Positions 1-11,840 of a DNA stretch of 64,000 bases are shown one piece after another (positions within the stretch are counted from its first letter, which is position 1; the number at the start of each line of letters is the position of its first letter). Origin of the DNA: Octopus sinensis (taxonomy: Eukaryota); NCBI RefSeq assembly GCF_006345805.1, contig NW_021835974.1, forward strand, positions 6,000-69,999, written 5' to 3'. A program made the translations under genes and the position numbers. The notes under the pieces were generated by a model. It worked only from the letters and a program-made list of their open reading frames with translations. It ran no database searches and was not told the origin of the DNA.

Positions 1-584
1 GTGCTTTCACACACCAACTTTCTCACCTATATATATATATATATATATATCACACACACATATATATCTCAACCTATAATAATCTTAGAGTATCCTCCCT
101 AAGAGGATACTCTGAGATTATTCGTATTATAGTGTGAATTTTCCTCGTTTAGTCTCTGTAATTACTTTTTTATATAATAAGTATATCTATATACATTACC
201 CTCATAATGAGCTCTACATTCGATGATGCGTGCATTGCGTAGAATATACATTTGCCTGTTTTACCACATCTACATGACTCAGTGTGTGCGCGGGCGTGTG
301 TGTGTGTTTGTGTGTAATTTTGTTTATATGAAGGAGTGTAAGTATCTCCATATATAGTTATATGTATATTGTAAGGCTAGTACTTATTCCATCGTTTCTT
401 TTGCCGAACCGCTGAGTTACGGGGACATAGACACACCATCATCGGTTGTCAAGCGATGGTGGGTGCACAAACACAGACACACGAACATATATATAATATA
501 TGGGGTTGATTTGTTCGACTAAAGGCGGTGCTCCAGCATGGCCGCAGTCAAATGACTGAAATAAATAAAAGAGTGTGTATTTTC

Positions 585-945
585 TTATCTTTTATCTTCT
601 ACTTCTTTCACTCATTAGACTGCGGCCATGCTGGAGCACCGCCATGAAGAATTTTAGAGGAACGAATCGATCCCAGTACTTTGTTATTTTTTTAAAAGCC
701 TGCTACTTATTCTATCGGCCCATTTTATCGAACCACTTAGTTAAGGGGCACGTAAACATTCCAACAATATTTGTCAAGTGGTCGGGGCAAAATAACATAC
801 ACACACACACACTTCTTTCAGTTTTCGCAAGGCTTTGGTCAGCTCGAGGCCACAGGAGAAGACATTTGCTCTAGGTGCGAGATAGTGGGTCTGAACCCGG
901 AACCATGTGGTCGGGAAGCAAGCTTCTTACCCTCACAGCCACATT
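585..945 (-). mobile_element. SINE family B copy (tRNA-derived, CORE-like, octopus OR-type), degenerate; further fragments at 372-575
   Basis: Reverse complement carries the tRNA-like head (GGTTCCGGGTTCAGACCCAC) and the tail GGCGGTGCTCCAGCATGGCCGCAGTC shared by more than 10 copies in the window. Confidence 0.85.
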
Positions 946-1110
946 ATACGATCATATTTTCGTAGACTTTATTGTGCGTATAGAACTGAGTGTTTGTATG
1001 CATTTCTGCATGTGCACATTTGTATATGTGAATGCATTCCAAACCGATCCTACTCACGTGCGCTTACAAATACGGACCTGCCACTGGACCTGCCACCGGT
1101 AATCACGCAA

Positions 1111-2046
1111 GGCGGCGAGCTGGCAGAAACGTTAGCACGCCGGGCGAAATGCTTAGCGGTATTTAAATAATAATAATAATAATGAAATTATTGTATACAG
1201 TGCTCAGGTGCACCACAACTTGTCAGAAAGTGCATATAAAGTACATGCAGTAATGTAGAAATGTCTGGAAAGTGAACATGCTTGTGTGTGTATGGAGGGG
1301 AGAAAATCAAGTGTAGTGTTGGCGAATCTCAGGAAGCATGGAAGTCTTGAAGGATGCAGTGCTCCGACAACTAACAACCGATGCCTGCAGTTTGTTCCAC
1401 GCTTCAGCAACTCTCAGCGTGAAAAAATGTTTCCTGAAGTCATGGGAGCTGTGCTGTTTTCTTACTTTGTAAATATGTCCACGGGTGTTAGATGGGTGGA
1501 GTTTCGTCTGCGTTACGTTGTGAGTTCAAATTCCGCCGAGGTTGACTTTGCCTTTCATCTTTTCGGGGTCGATAAATTAAGTACCAGTTACGCACTGGGG
1601 TCGATGTAATCGACTTAATACCTATGTCTGTCCTTGTTTGTCTCCTCTATGTTTAGCCCCTTGTGGGTAATAAAGAAATAGGTATTTCGTCTGCGTTACG
1701 TTTTGAGTTCAAATTCCGCCGAGGTTGACTTTGCCTTTCATCTTTTCGGGGTCGATAAATTAAGTACCAGTTACGTACTGGGGTCGATGTAATCGACTTA
1801 ATACCTATGTCTGTCCTTGTTTGTCCCCTCTGTGTTTAGCCCCTTGTGGGTAATAAAGAAATAGGTATTTCGTCTGCGTTACGTTGTGAGTTCAAATTCC
1901 GCCGAGGTTGACTTTGCCTTTCATCTTTTCGAGGTCGATAAATTAAGTACCAGTTACGCACTGGGGTCGATGTAATCGACTTAATACCTATGTCTGTCCT
2001 TGTTTGTCCCCTCTATGTTTAGCCCCTTGTGGGTAATAAAGGAATA
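1111..2046 (+). mobile_element. Composite SINE family A: head, inserted CR1 fragment, then three tandem 183-bp body/tail units
   Basis: Head GGCGGCGAGCTGGCAGAAACGTTAGC at 1111. Units at 1502-1680, 1681-1863 and 1864-2046. 13-bp TSD GGTAATCACGCAA at 1098-1110 and 2047-2059. Confidence 0.9.
1165..1501 (-). mobile_element. CR1-clade LINE 3' fragment inserted into SINE A
   Basis: Minus strand translates as SNTRGHIYKVRKQHSSHDFRKHFFTLRVAEAWNKLQASVV...SFK, the CR1 ORF2 C-terminal TRGH...FF..RV...WN.L signature, followed by a 3' UTR and an (ATT)n tail. Confidence 0.8.
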
Positions 2047-2245
2047 GGTAATCACGCAAGGCAATTCAGTCGGTAAGACATTCGGTGTACCGACGATTGA
2101 TCTGACAACATTGCTAATCTTGCTTGAAGAAGGAGGAAAGGATTTTTAAACAGTCTCCAGAATAGTAAATAAAGCTTACCAACCGACGGATGACTTCAAG
2201 GGGGTCAGAGAGCATTCAGTAGGGTGTACAGATTCATGTACACAA

Positions 2246-2376
2246 ATGTGCATATATGTGAGCGTGCCTCTGCGTGTGTGTGTATGTGTGTGTGTGCATA
2301 TATGTGAACGTGCCTGTGTGTGTGTATGTGTGTGTGTGCGTGAGCGTGCCTACGTGTTGTGCGTATAAATCTGTGT

Positions 2377-2411
<35 letters not shown>

Positions 2412-3890
2412 CATATATGTGAGCGTACCTGCATGTGTGTGTATGTGTGCATATATGTGAGTGTGCCTGCGCGCGTGCGTATGTGTGTGCATTTATGTGA
2501 GCGTGCCTGTGTGTGTGTGTGAGTGTACGTTTGCATATATGTGAGCGTGCCTGCGTGCGTGTGTGTGTATGTGTGTGTGCTTATATGTGAGCGTGCCTGC
2601 ATGTGTGTTTGTGTGTGTGTGCATATATGTGAGCGTGCCTGTGTGTGTGTACGCATGCATATATGTGAGCGTGCCTGCGTGTATGTGTATGTGTGCATAT
2701 ATGTGAGTGTGCCTGCGCGCGTGCGTATGTGTGTGCATATATGTGAGCGTGCCTGTGTGTGTGTGTGCGTGTGCATATACGTGAGCGTGCCTGCGTGCGT
2801 GTGTGTGTATGTGTGTGTGTGCTTATATGTGGGCGTGCCTGCATGTGTGTTTGTGTGTGTGTGCATATTGTGAGCGTGCCTGCATGTGTGTTTGTGTGTG
2901 TGTGCATATATGTGAGCGTGCCTGTGTGTGTGTACGGCATGCATATATGTGAGCGTGCCTGCGTGTATGTGTATGTGTGCATATATGTGAGTGTGCCTGC
3001 GCGCGTGCGTATGTGTGTGCATATATGTGAGCGTGCCTGTGTGTGTGTGTGCGTGTGCATATACGTGAGCGTGCCTGCGTGCGTGTGTGTGTATGTGTGT
3101 GTGTGCTTATATGTGGGCGTGCCTGCATGTGTGTTTGTGTGTGTGTGCATATATGTGAGCGTGCCTGTGTGTGTGTATGTGAGCATATATGTGAGCGTGC
3201 CTGCGTGTATGTGTATGTGTGCATATATGTGAGTGTGCCTGCGCGCGTGCGTATGTGTGTGCATATATGTGAGCGTGCCTACCTGTGTGTGTATGTGTGC
3301 ATATATGTGAGTGTGCCTGCGCGCGTGCGTATGTGTGCATATATGTGAGCGTGCCTACCTGTGTGTGTATGTGTGCATATATGTGAGTGTGCCTGCGCGC
3401 GTGCGTATGTGTGTGCATATATGTGAGCGTGCCTGTGTGTGTGTGCGTGTGCATATATGTGAGCGTGCCTGCGTGTGTGCGTATGTGTGTGCATATATGT
3501 GAGCGTGCCTGCGTGTGTGTGTAGGTGTGCATATATGTGAGCGTGCCTGTATGTGAGTGTATGCATGCATATATGTGAGCGTGCCTGCGTGTGTGTGTAC
3601 GTGTGCATATATGTGAGCGTGCCTGTATGTGAGTGTATGCATGCATATATGTGAGCGTGCCTGCGTGTGTGTGTGCGTATGCATATATGTGAGTGTGCCC
3701 GCGCGCCTGCGTATGTGTGTGCATATATGTGAGCGTGTCTGCGTGTGTGTGTGCGTGTGCATATATGTGAGTGTGCCCGCGCGCCTGCGTATGTGTGTGT
3801 GATTATATGTAAGTGTGCCTGCATGTGTATTTGTGTGTGTGTGTGTGTGTATGTGTGTGTATGTGTGTGTGTGTTGTGTGTGTGTGTGGC
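2246..3890. repeat. ~36-40 bp minisatellite (GCATATATGTGAGCGTGCCT + (GT)-rich spacer) with higher-order repeats
   Basis: About 40 copies of the GCATATATGTGAG(C/T)GTGCC core. A variant series recurs at 2657 and 2941 (284-bp period). Confidence 0.95.
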
Positions 3891-4176
3891 TCTGTGTTTG
3901 TATTTGCCTCGCATGACCTCTTGAGAACCAGTGTGCGTTGGTTTTTTTAACTCCTCATAATTCAATTAGTGAAATAAGTACAAAAAAAAAACATAATTAG
4001 TAATCATGTAACAACAATCACTAAAGTCTATGTCTGCCTTCAGGCTCCGATGAACATATTAAATGTTTCATCTTTGCATTTGCTGAACGGCACTTATTAC
4101 AACAACGATCCCCAAAAATTGTTTGTACTGAATGATATGAATGTAGTATCATAACTATGAATGGATGTAGTTATAA

Positions 4177-4405
4177 GGCGGCGAGCTGGCAGAAACGTTA
4201 GCACGCCGGGCGAAATGCTTTGCGGTATTTCGTCCGCCGCTGCGTTCTGAGTTCAAATTCCGCCGAGGTCGACTTTGCCTTTCATCCTTTCGGGGTCGAT
4301 AAATTAAGTACCAGTTACGCACTGGGGTCGTTGTAATCGACTTAATTCGTTTGTCTGTCCTTGTTTGTCCCCTCTATGTTTAGCCCCTTGTGGGTAATAA
4401 GAAAA
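4177..4405 (+). mobile_element. SINE family A, full length
   Basis: A-box-like TGGCAGAAACG, B-box GAGTTCAAATTCC, core GACTTTGCCTTTCATCCTTTCGGGGTCGATAAA, tail CCCCTTGTGGGTAATAAG. Confidence 0.92.
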
Positions 4406-4629
4406 CATATATATGGATGTAGTATCATCTATACACTGGACAGAAGGTCTCAGTGTATAAATAACTGCATGTCACATAAATAGATAGCATCGAAGAAATA
4501 TTGGTTTGTAAGAGACGAGAAAATGCTGTTGATTATCCGTTTACACACACACACACACACCACACACACACATACATGTATATATATTCATATATATGTA
4601 AGCTCATGTATATATTCTGTTATTCTTTC

Positions 4630-4856
4630 ATTCTTTCATTCCTTTACTTGTTTCACTCATTTGACTGCGGCCATGATGGAACACCGCCTTGAAGGTTTTT
4701 AATCGAACAAATCGACTCCAGGACTTATTTTTTAAGCCTAGTACTTATTCCATCGGCTCTTTTGCCGAACTGCAAAGTTACGGGGACGCAAACACACCAA
4801 CATTAGTTATCAAGCTGTGATGGGAGACAAATAAAGACACAAAGAAACACACACAT

Positions 4857-4903
<47 letters not shown>

Positions 4904-5060
4904 CGACAGGCTTTCAGTTTCTTTCTACCAAATCCACTCACAAATCCACTGAGGCTATAGTAGAAGATACTTGCCTTGCCCAAGGTGACATGAGTGGGAC
5001 TGAACCCGGAACCATGTGGTTTGGAAGCAAGCTTCTTACCACGTAGCCACGCCTGTGCCT
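4630..5060 (-). mobile_element. SINE family B, near full length
   Basis: Matches the family B head, CORE-like ACCTTGGGCAAG segment, internal (CA)/(TA) tract and tail. Confidence 0.88.
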
Positions 5061-5132
5061 ATATGTGTGTGGATATGTGTAAATGTATTTGTAAATGAGT
5101 TTGTGGATGTGTGTGTGTGTTTGTGTGCTCTT

Positions 5133-5280
5133 GAAGAAGAAGAAGAAGAAGAAGAAGAAGAAGAAGGAGGAGGAGGAGGGGAGGAGGAGGAGGAGGAGGA
5201 GAAGAAGAAGAAGAAGAAGAGAAGACAGAGAAAAGAAGAGAGAAAGATAAGGAGAAGAAGAAGAAGAAGAAGAAGAAGAA
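5133..5280. repeat. (GAA)n/(GGA)n purine microsatellite
   Basis: Direct reading. Confidence 0.95.
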
Positions 5281-6328
5281 GGGCAAATATAGAAGAAGCA
5301 TTTTGGAGAAGTAAAGAAGAATGAGAGAGATGAAAGAATCCGCAGAAAGTAAGGAAAGAATGACGGAGGCGGGGTGGAAGGGGTCACATGTAAGAAAAGT
5401 AACAAGACTGACGATTGTTTGGGGTTCGGAGGAAAGAAAATGTGAGTATGGGGGTAGAAATACTTGAAGCTGGGTAAGAGATAAGACAAAGTAGGGGTGA
5501 TGAGTGAGAGCGATAAAGAAATAGAGAAAGAGAAAGAGAAAGAGAAAGAGGGAGTTAAGGAGTCGGGATGAGGGTAACAGTAAAGAATAAGGGGGGGGGG
5601 GAATGGCGGAAAGTGGTTTGGAGTTTGAGAGATAAAGGGGGGAAGAGGAAGAGGAGGTGAAAGGATGAAGTTGATGTCATGAGTTGATTGAAATGTAATC
5701 AGTCTGCCAGTTCGGTCGTCCGTCAAACAGTCACGTCACCCACCGCTATCGCCGCCGCCATCTTCACCTCACGTTGCCAACGTTACCTATATTAAGTCTT
5801 ACGTGCTCAGCCGAATATTCACCATCATCTCCAACACTACCGCCATCTTTCCACCACTGTTATCGTCGCCAATACCACTAGTAACTCCAACCCCCAACAT
5901 TCTCTCTTCTCCTCCTCCACCATCCCTCTCTCTCTCTCTCCCTCTCTCTCTTCCCCCCTTTTCTTTCGCTTTCTCTCGCTGCCCAGTCGTTATGCCGACT
6001 GACTCTCCAATTTCTTTGACACCATGAATAATTTAACAAGAAAGTTAGTTAAGTCTCCACATCTGGATCTTGTTTAGCGATGGAAAAGATGTCAATCTTG
6101 GGCAAGAAAATAAGAGAAAGTTCGGAAAAAGTAAAAGACATGGAGGATGAAAGAAAGGAAGATGGGAGAGAGAGAGAGAGAGAGAGAGAGAGACAAAGAA
6201 GGCAAAGCAAAAAGAGAGGAAAGAAGAAAGAAAGGAAGGAAATGAAAGGAGATACAAAATTAACCCCATTTTCCGAATAATATGCGCATGTCTATATATC
6301 TATGTATGAGTGTGCTTGTACATATGAA

Positions 6329-6359
<31 letters not shown>

Positions 6360-6441
6360 GTGTGTGGTGTGTGTGTGTGTGTGTATTTGTGTATGTATAT
6401 GTATATATATATACACACACATATATATATGTATATATATT

Positions 6442-6524
<83 letters not shown>

Positions 6525-6556
6525 GGGTGTGTGTGTGTTATATATATGTAAATATA

Positions 6557-6597
<41 letters not shown>

Positions 6598-6934
6598 CTA
6601 CATATGTACGTGTGTGTGAGTTGGGGGGTGTCTTGGATAGACGGTGATCGGGCGGCCGGACGATCAGCGAGAAGAGAGGATAGGTGGTATGGAGGGAAGT
6701 GAGTCGGGTGTGAGAGGTCAGGCGAACGGTAGGGCGATCGGCTGACCAAGCAGGCAGACAGACGGATGGACGAATGAACAAACGGGCAGTCTGCCATTTG
6801 ATTGGTCTGTTCAAAACAGTTTTTGTAATTTGAGGAATGTTATGCAACGTCTGGTATCAGTGCTGGCCAAAAATGTTCGGATCCTCATTGCGAGGTACCG
6901 AAGAATCTAACCACGATCATTACATTCACAGGTG

Positions 6935-7370
6935 TTGGCTGTGTGATAAGAAGATTTGCTTCCTAAACACATAATTCTGAGTTCAATCCCACAGCGTGGC
7001 ACGTTGGGCAAGTATCTTTTATTTTAACCACAGGCCAACCACAGACCTTGTGAGGGTATCTGGCAGACGGAAACTGAAAGGAACCCGTTGTAAGTGCGTG
7101 TGTATCTGTGTGTGTGTGTATACATATGTTTGGTAGACGGAAACTGAAAGAAGCCCATCGTTTATATATATATATGAGTCTGTCCCCCCACCAGCGCTTG
7201 ACAACCGATATTGATGTGTTTACGTCCCCGTAAATTAGCGGTTCGGTAAAATAAACCGATTGAATAAGTACTATGCTTACAAAAGAATAAGACCCGGGCT
7301 CGATTTCTTCGACTAAAGGCGGTATCCCAGCATGGCCACCGTAAAATGACTGAAACAAGTAAAAGAATAA
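6935..7370 (+). mobile_element. SINE family B with internal duplication of the GACGGAAACTGAAAG segment
   Basis: Head TGGCTGTGTGATAAG...GAGTTCAATCCC and tail CCAGCATGGCCACCG...GACTGAAACAAGTAAAAG. Confidence 0.85.
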
Positions 7371-7405
7371 AATTAATTGAAGTTATTATTATTATTATTA
7401 TTATT

Positions 7406-7955
7406 GAGAGAGAGAGCAGTGCATACCATCAAAGTGATACTGGGGTAAAATATACGAAGCCCAATATACCCATCATGACTACCCGTCTGCTAAAGGTACA
7501 CTAGGGACATGCATCACAACCATATGTGCGCGACATGGTGATCTCATATCAAACAGCACATGACTTTGCAGTTGGGGGGCCTAGTTAGAATTTTCTTCTG
7601 ATTGAGTAACCCATCCCACTCAAAAGGTCCCTGAGTAAGGGTTGTTTAAGGATGTTGAAAGAACCACCCATGTTTCCAGAGGTGAATTATCCAAAACTCT
7701 AAGAATTCCTTTCAACACCCGGCCATGATATTCCCCCACTACTTCTGCTCGTGATCAGAAATGCACATATCGTCAGCCACTAAGGCACATGTTCAACTGG
7801 TTATGGTCAAACAACTGACAAGCAAATCTGTGGTATTGAGCAGAATATTTGCTGTAGCCGATCTTTTATACCAAAACAAAACAATGTACATGATAACACT
7901 TCCAATCAGTTATGGTCAGAAGCCATGAGAGCCACCGCCTGGTACTGCATCAAAG

Positions 7956-7956
<1 letters not shown>
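7406..7956. mobile_element. ~550-bp non-coding interspersed repeat embedded in (ATT)n
   Basis: Second copy at 49362-50017 and a fragment at 10318-10385. Flanked on both sides by (ATT)n. No ORF and no TIRs. Confidence 0.8.
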
Positions 7957-8009
<53 letters not shown>

Positions 8010-8012
<3 letters not shown>

Positions 8013-8428
8013 TCTTTTACTTGTTTCAGTCATTTGACTGCGGCCATGCTGGAGCACCGCCTTTAATCGAGCACCGCCTTTAATCGAGCAACTCGACCCC
8101 GGGACTTATTCTTTTGTAAGCCCAGTACTTATTCTATCGGTCTTTTTTGCCGAACCGCTAGTTAACGGGGACGTAAACACACCAGCATCGGTTGTCAAGC
8201 AATGCTAGGGGGACACACACACACACGCATATATATATAATATATATATATATATACATATATATGACGGGCTTCTTTCAGTTTCCGTCTACCAAATCCA
8301 CTCACAAGGCTTTGGTCGGCCCGAGGCTATAGTAGAAGACAATTGCCCAAGGTGCCACGCAGTGGGACTGAACCCGGAACCATGTGGTTGGTATACAAGC
8401 TACTTACCACACAGCCACTCCTGCGCCT
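8010..8428 (-). mobile_element. SINE family B, young full-length copy inside (ATT)n
   Basis: Close match to the reverse complement of 44708-45115. Confidence 0.92.
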
Positions 8429-8441
8429 ATTATTATTATTA

Positions 8442-8505
<64 letters not shown>

Positions 8506-8667
8506 CATATTTATTCTACATTTTTTCGATGCAGTTCGGTGTGACCCCAAAAATCTGGTATCTCCATTTGGCATCATTAAGGCTGTAGCCGGCATAATGG
8601 AAAAGGAGCGTTTTTTTGTCTATTCAGAACGTTACCCGTAAACAGACTTCAAAGATATTATTCCAAA

Positions 8668-9066
8668 CTAGCAGTATCGCCCGGCGTTGCTCGGGTTTGT
8701 AAGGGAAATAACTGTATAAGCATTTTTAGAGAGTTATAGCCAAGAAATAGCAAAAAAATGCATTAAAAATGGAAAAAAAAAATGATGGTAAATTTTTTTT
8801 AAATCATTGACTCATCGTAGACATTTTTAGAGAGTTACTTCCCTTGTATAATAGCGAAAAAATGCATTAAAATGGAAAAAAATGATGGTAATTTTTTTTT
8901 TTAATCGTAGACTCATCGTAGACGCGCGCTAATACCCAGAAGGGCTCGATATGAATCACGGCTATAAGATACCCGCTTTTGGTTAAACTGCACCGCAAAA
9001 TGTGGGAGTAGTTAGGAATCTAAATCGTAGGAGACAGACACACAACTTCACTTTTATATATAAAGA
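8668..9066 (-). mobile_element. Non-autonomous Helitron
   Basis: Minus strand reads A|TCTTTATATATAAAAG ... CCCGAGCAACGCCGGG (subterminal hairpin) CGATACTG CTAG|T: TC...CTAG termini at an AT insertion site with no TSD. Internal ~100-bp tandem duplication at 8720-8920. Confidence 0.85.
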
Positions 9067-9199
9067 TATATATTTTGTTTATAGAACACGTATTGGTTTT
9101 CTTGAACATCTCCTAGAACTTAAAGCCATGCCATTCATCATGAATCATTATGCAAATGAGTTGTGCTATTAGCTGTCTTGCTTGTATTTAGATGTTTTG

Positions 9200-9598
9200 T
9201 TTTTTACTTGTTCGAGTCATTGGAATGCGGCTTCGCAGAAGCCGCGCCTTGAAGCGAATAAATCGATCCCAGTACTTATTTTATTTTAAAGTCTGGGATT
9301 TATTCTGTCAGTTTTCTTTGCCGAACCGCAAAGTTACGGGTACGAAATAAGCCAACACCAGTCATCTAGCGGTGAAGGAAGACCAACACACATACACACA
9401 CACACACACACACACAGATAGATATTACATGCATGACGACTTCCATGCAGTTTCTATCTGCCATATTAAATCATAAAGCATCGGTCGGCCTGGGACTATA
9501 ATAGATGACACTTGCCCAAGGTGCTGTGCAGTGGAGTTGAACCCAAGACCATGTGGATGCAAAGTGATCTTCTTAATCGCATAGCTATGTCTGCGCCT
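9200..9598 (-). mobile_element. SINE family B, diverged
   Basis: Recognisable head, ACACTTGCCCAAGG core and tail with many substitutions. Confidence 0.75.
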
Positions 9599-10061
9599 AT
9601 GATAAACGGCTTTACCCTACTTTCACTATCTTGAAAGAGAGAGAAGCGTTCAACCTGATGAGTCGTAAGAATAACGAAACTAGTCAGTACCGATCTTCGT
9701 TCTCAAACACTGAAAGCTCACAGCGCGAGACAAAGACATCTATTAAACAGATAAGATACTTTATATTTAATCATAACCCACGTTCTATAAATACTCTGGC
9801 AACGAATCTACTGTAAGCAGAATTACCAGTCAGCGAATGGTTCTGTAATTCCTTGATAATTTAATTGGATTTGATTCTTATCTGCAATTACTGGCGCTGC
9901 GAGAGTGACGATATATATCATAACGATATAATGATAAGGATTTTGTAAACTGAACGAGGAGTGAGAAATCCGGAAAGTATCAGCAGACTCGGTGTGTAGT
10001 TAACTAATAGATCATAGTTATAGCCTGGTCAGGCGGAGCAGCAATCTGATTCGGTTTTATA

Positions 10062-10281
10062 CCCTTTTGTTACCATACTTATTTTGAGATACACTGGGTT
10101 TCTTTCAATTACTTTAAATATAACAAAGAATTTAGTAAAATAACTTAGTTATCATTAAGCTAGTGTTAGGAACATAAACTGTGACTAAGGTTTGGTGGAA
10201 GATTTTAATTCAAAACTTATGAAAACAAGACATTTGTACTCAGAGCCAGAGGTGGTTTCAGCCGGGTTGGTAACGAAAGGG
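10062..10281. mobile_element. piggyBac-like MITE
   Basis: 14-bp TIRs CCCTTTTGTTACCA / TGGTAACGAAAGGG (one mismatch). Flanks TATA and TTAC look like decayed TTAA TSDs. Confidence 0.7.
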
Positions 10282-10624
10282 TTACCTATTTGTCAACAGC
10301 GAGAAATTTTTTACATAACAAAGAGTTCCTCTCAGCACATAGCTATGATGCTCCCCGACTACTTCTGTTCGTGATCAGGGCATTTACTATCATTATTATT
10401 ATTATTATTTCTTTTAATTTCAGGTTTTAACTCCAGGAGTTTTGCTTGCGCAGCTATCTGTACCATGCTATCTGTTCTTTTCATCTATCTAAAACTTTCT
10501 TAGTTATTTCTACTAAGCACTCTATTCCGATTTCCTTAAAATTTCTCTTGATGCCCTCTGATACTGTCCCCCAAGAACCCAATAATAATTGGCACTATCT
10601 TCAGCGGAATTCTCCCCCCCCCAT

Positions 10625-10755
10625 CCCCGCCGGAACGTCGTGGGGTTTATGTGTTTTTATGCTCAATAAACACTCACAATGCCCGGTCGGGAATCGAAAC
10701 CGCGTTCTTACGACCGCGAGTCCGCTGCCCTAACCACTGGTCATTGCGCTTCCAC
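10625..10755 (-). mobile_element. tRNA-derived SINE (third family) head fragment; related copy at 52490-52708
   Basis: Minus strand has A box ..CAGTGGTTAGG and B box GGTTTCGATTCCC. The 52490-52708 copy has GGTTCGATTCCCAGACCGG. Confidence 0.65.
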
Positions 10756-11489
10756 TGTTGTTTTTGTTGTTGTTGTTGTTGTTGTTGCTGTGGTTATTGT
10801 TGTTGCTGTGGTTATTGTTGTTGTTGTTTGTTGCATCAGTAACAATGAAATTACCAAACAGCTGATGATTGCTAAAATTTCACTTAGTTTAACTGCTCCA
10901 CTTGTTTTGTATAATCGTCCTTTAATCATCCGCTTCTCAAGCTTTTTTCTTTTTTTTTTTTTTGATCTCTTCTTTGCTTCTTTCTTGTATTGTTTTGTCA
11001 CTTATTCCATATTATTTGTTGTTTAATTGCGAAGAAGACGAGTAAAGAAAATAATACTTAAACAGTAAAATAAATATTTTACAGCACCAAATTGTACCAA
11101 TAAATTCTGCCATATTCTTCCAACACACCACCGCTACCTGAGTTTAACTTCAGTTTCTGTTGCGTAAAACTGGCCAAAATACAAAGACTGGACATAAGTG
11201 AATCGAGTGAAATAATGAAAGAGCTTCTATGCAGTCGCTCGACTTGCTAGAAATAGCAGCCATATCGCTCTCGAACAATGCTACCTTAAAAAAACGCATT
11301 AGTGTGGTATATGATATACATAGAATGGAGCACAGTTGGAACACGTGTGATCATGGTTCTACTCCATTATGGTTGACCTGGGATTAAATAACAACAAAAT
11401 CTAAAAATTTCGTGCCAATAAGGATTTCTATACGAGATTATTCGACCCGTTACCTTCAACGGATATTTGTCCTCATCTTGTTTGTTGTT

Positions 11490-11535
11490 AACACAACGTT
11501 TCGGCTGATATACCCTCCAGCCTTCTTCAGGTGTC
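11490..11535 (-). ncRNA. Minimal type I hammerhead ribozyme motif (Penelope-like element type)
   Basis: Minus strand reads GACAC-CTGAAGA-A-GGCTG(GAGGGTATAT)CAGCC-GAAAC-GTT-GTGTT. Stems I and II are intact and helix III is reduced to the palindrome AACGTT. Confidence 0.7.
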
Positions 11536-11600
11536 TTGGGGAAATTTCGAGCCTGGGTTCTCATTCCTAAGGTATTTTTCGATCGTTATCTTATGATCTC

Positions 11601-11838
11601 GGCGGCGAGCTGGCAGAAACTTTAGCACGCTGGGCGAAATGCTTAGCAGTATTTCGTCTGTCTTTACGTTCTGGGGTTCAAATTCCACCGAAGTCGACTT
11701 TGCCTTTCATCCTTTCGGGATCGATAAATTAGGTACCAGTAACGCACTGGGGTTCGATCTAATCGACTTAAAGCCTTTGTCTGTCCGTGTTTGTCCCATT
11801 CTATGTTTAGCCCCTTTTGGTCAATAAAGAAATAAGAA
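11601..11838 (+). mobile_element. SINE family A, full length
   Basis: Head, core and tail match the other copies. Confidence 0.9.
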
Positions 11839-11840
11839 AA

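Noticed and set aside
2205-3965. His/Thr/Cys/Val-rich ORFs, or a CRISPR-like array
   Set aside because: These are translations of a minisatellite. The spacers are not unique, the context is eukaryotic and there are no cas genes.
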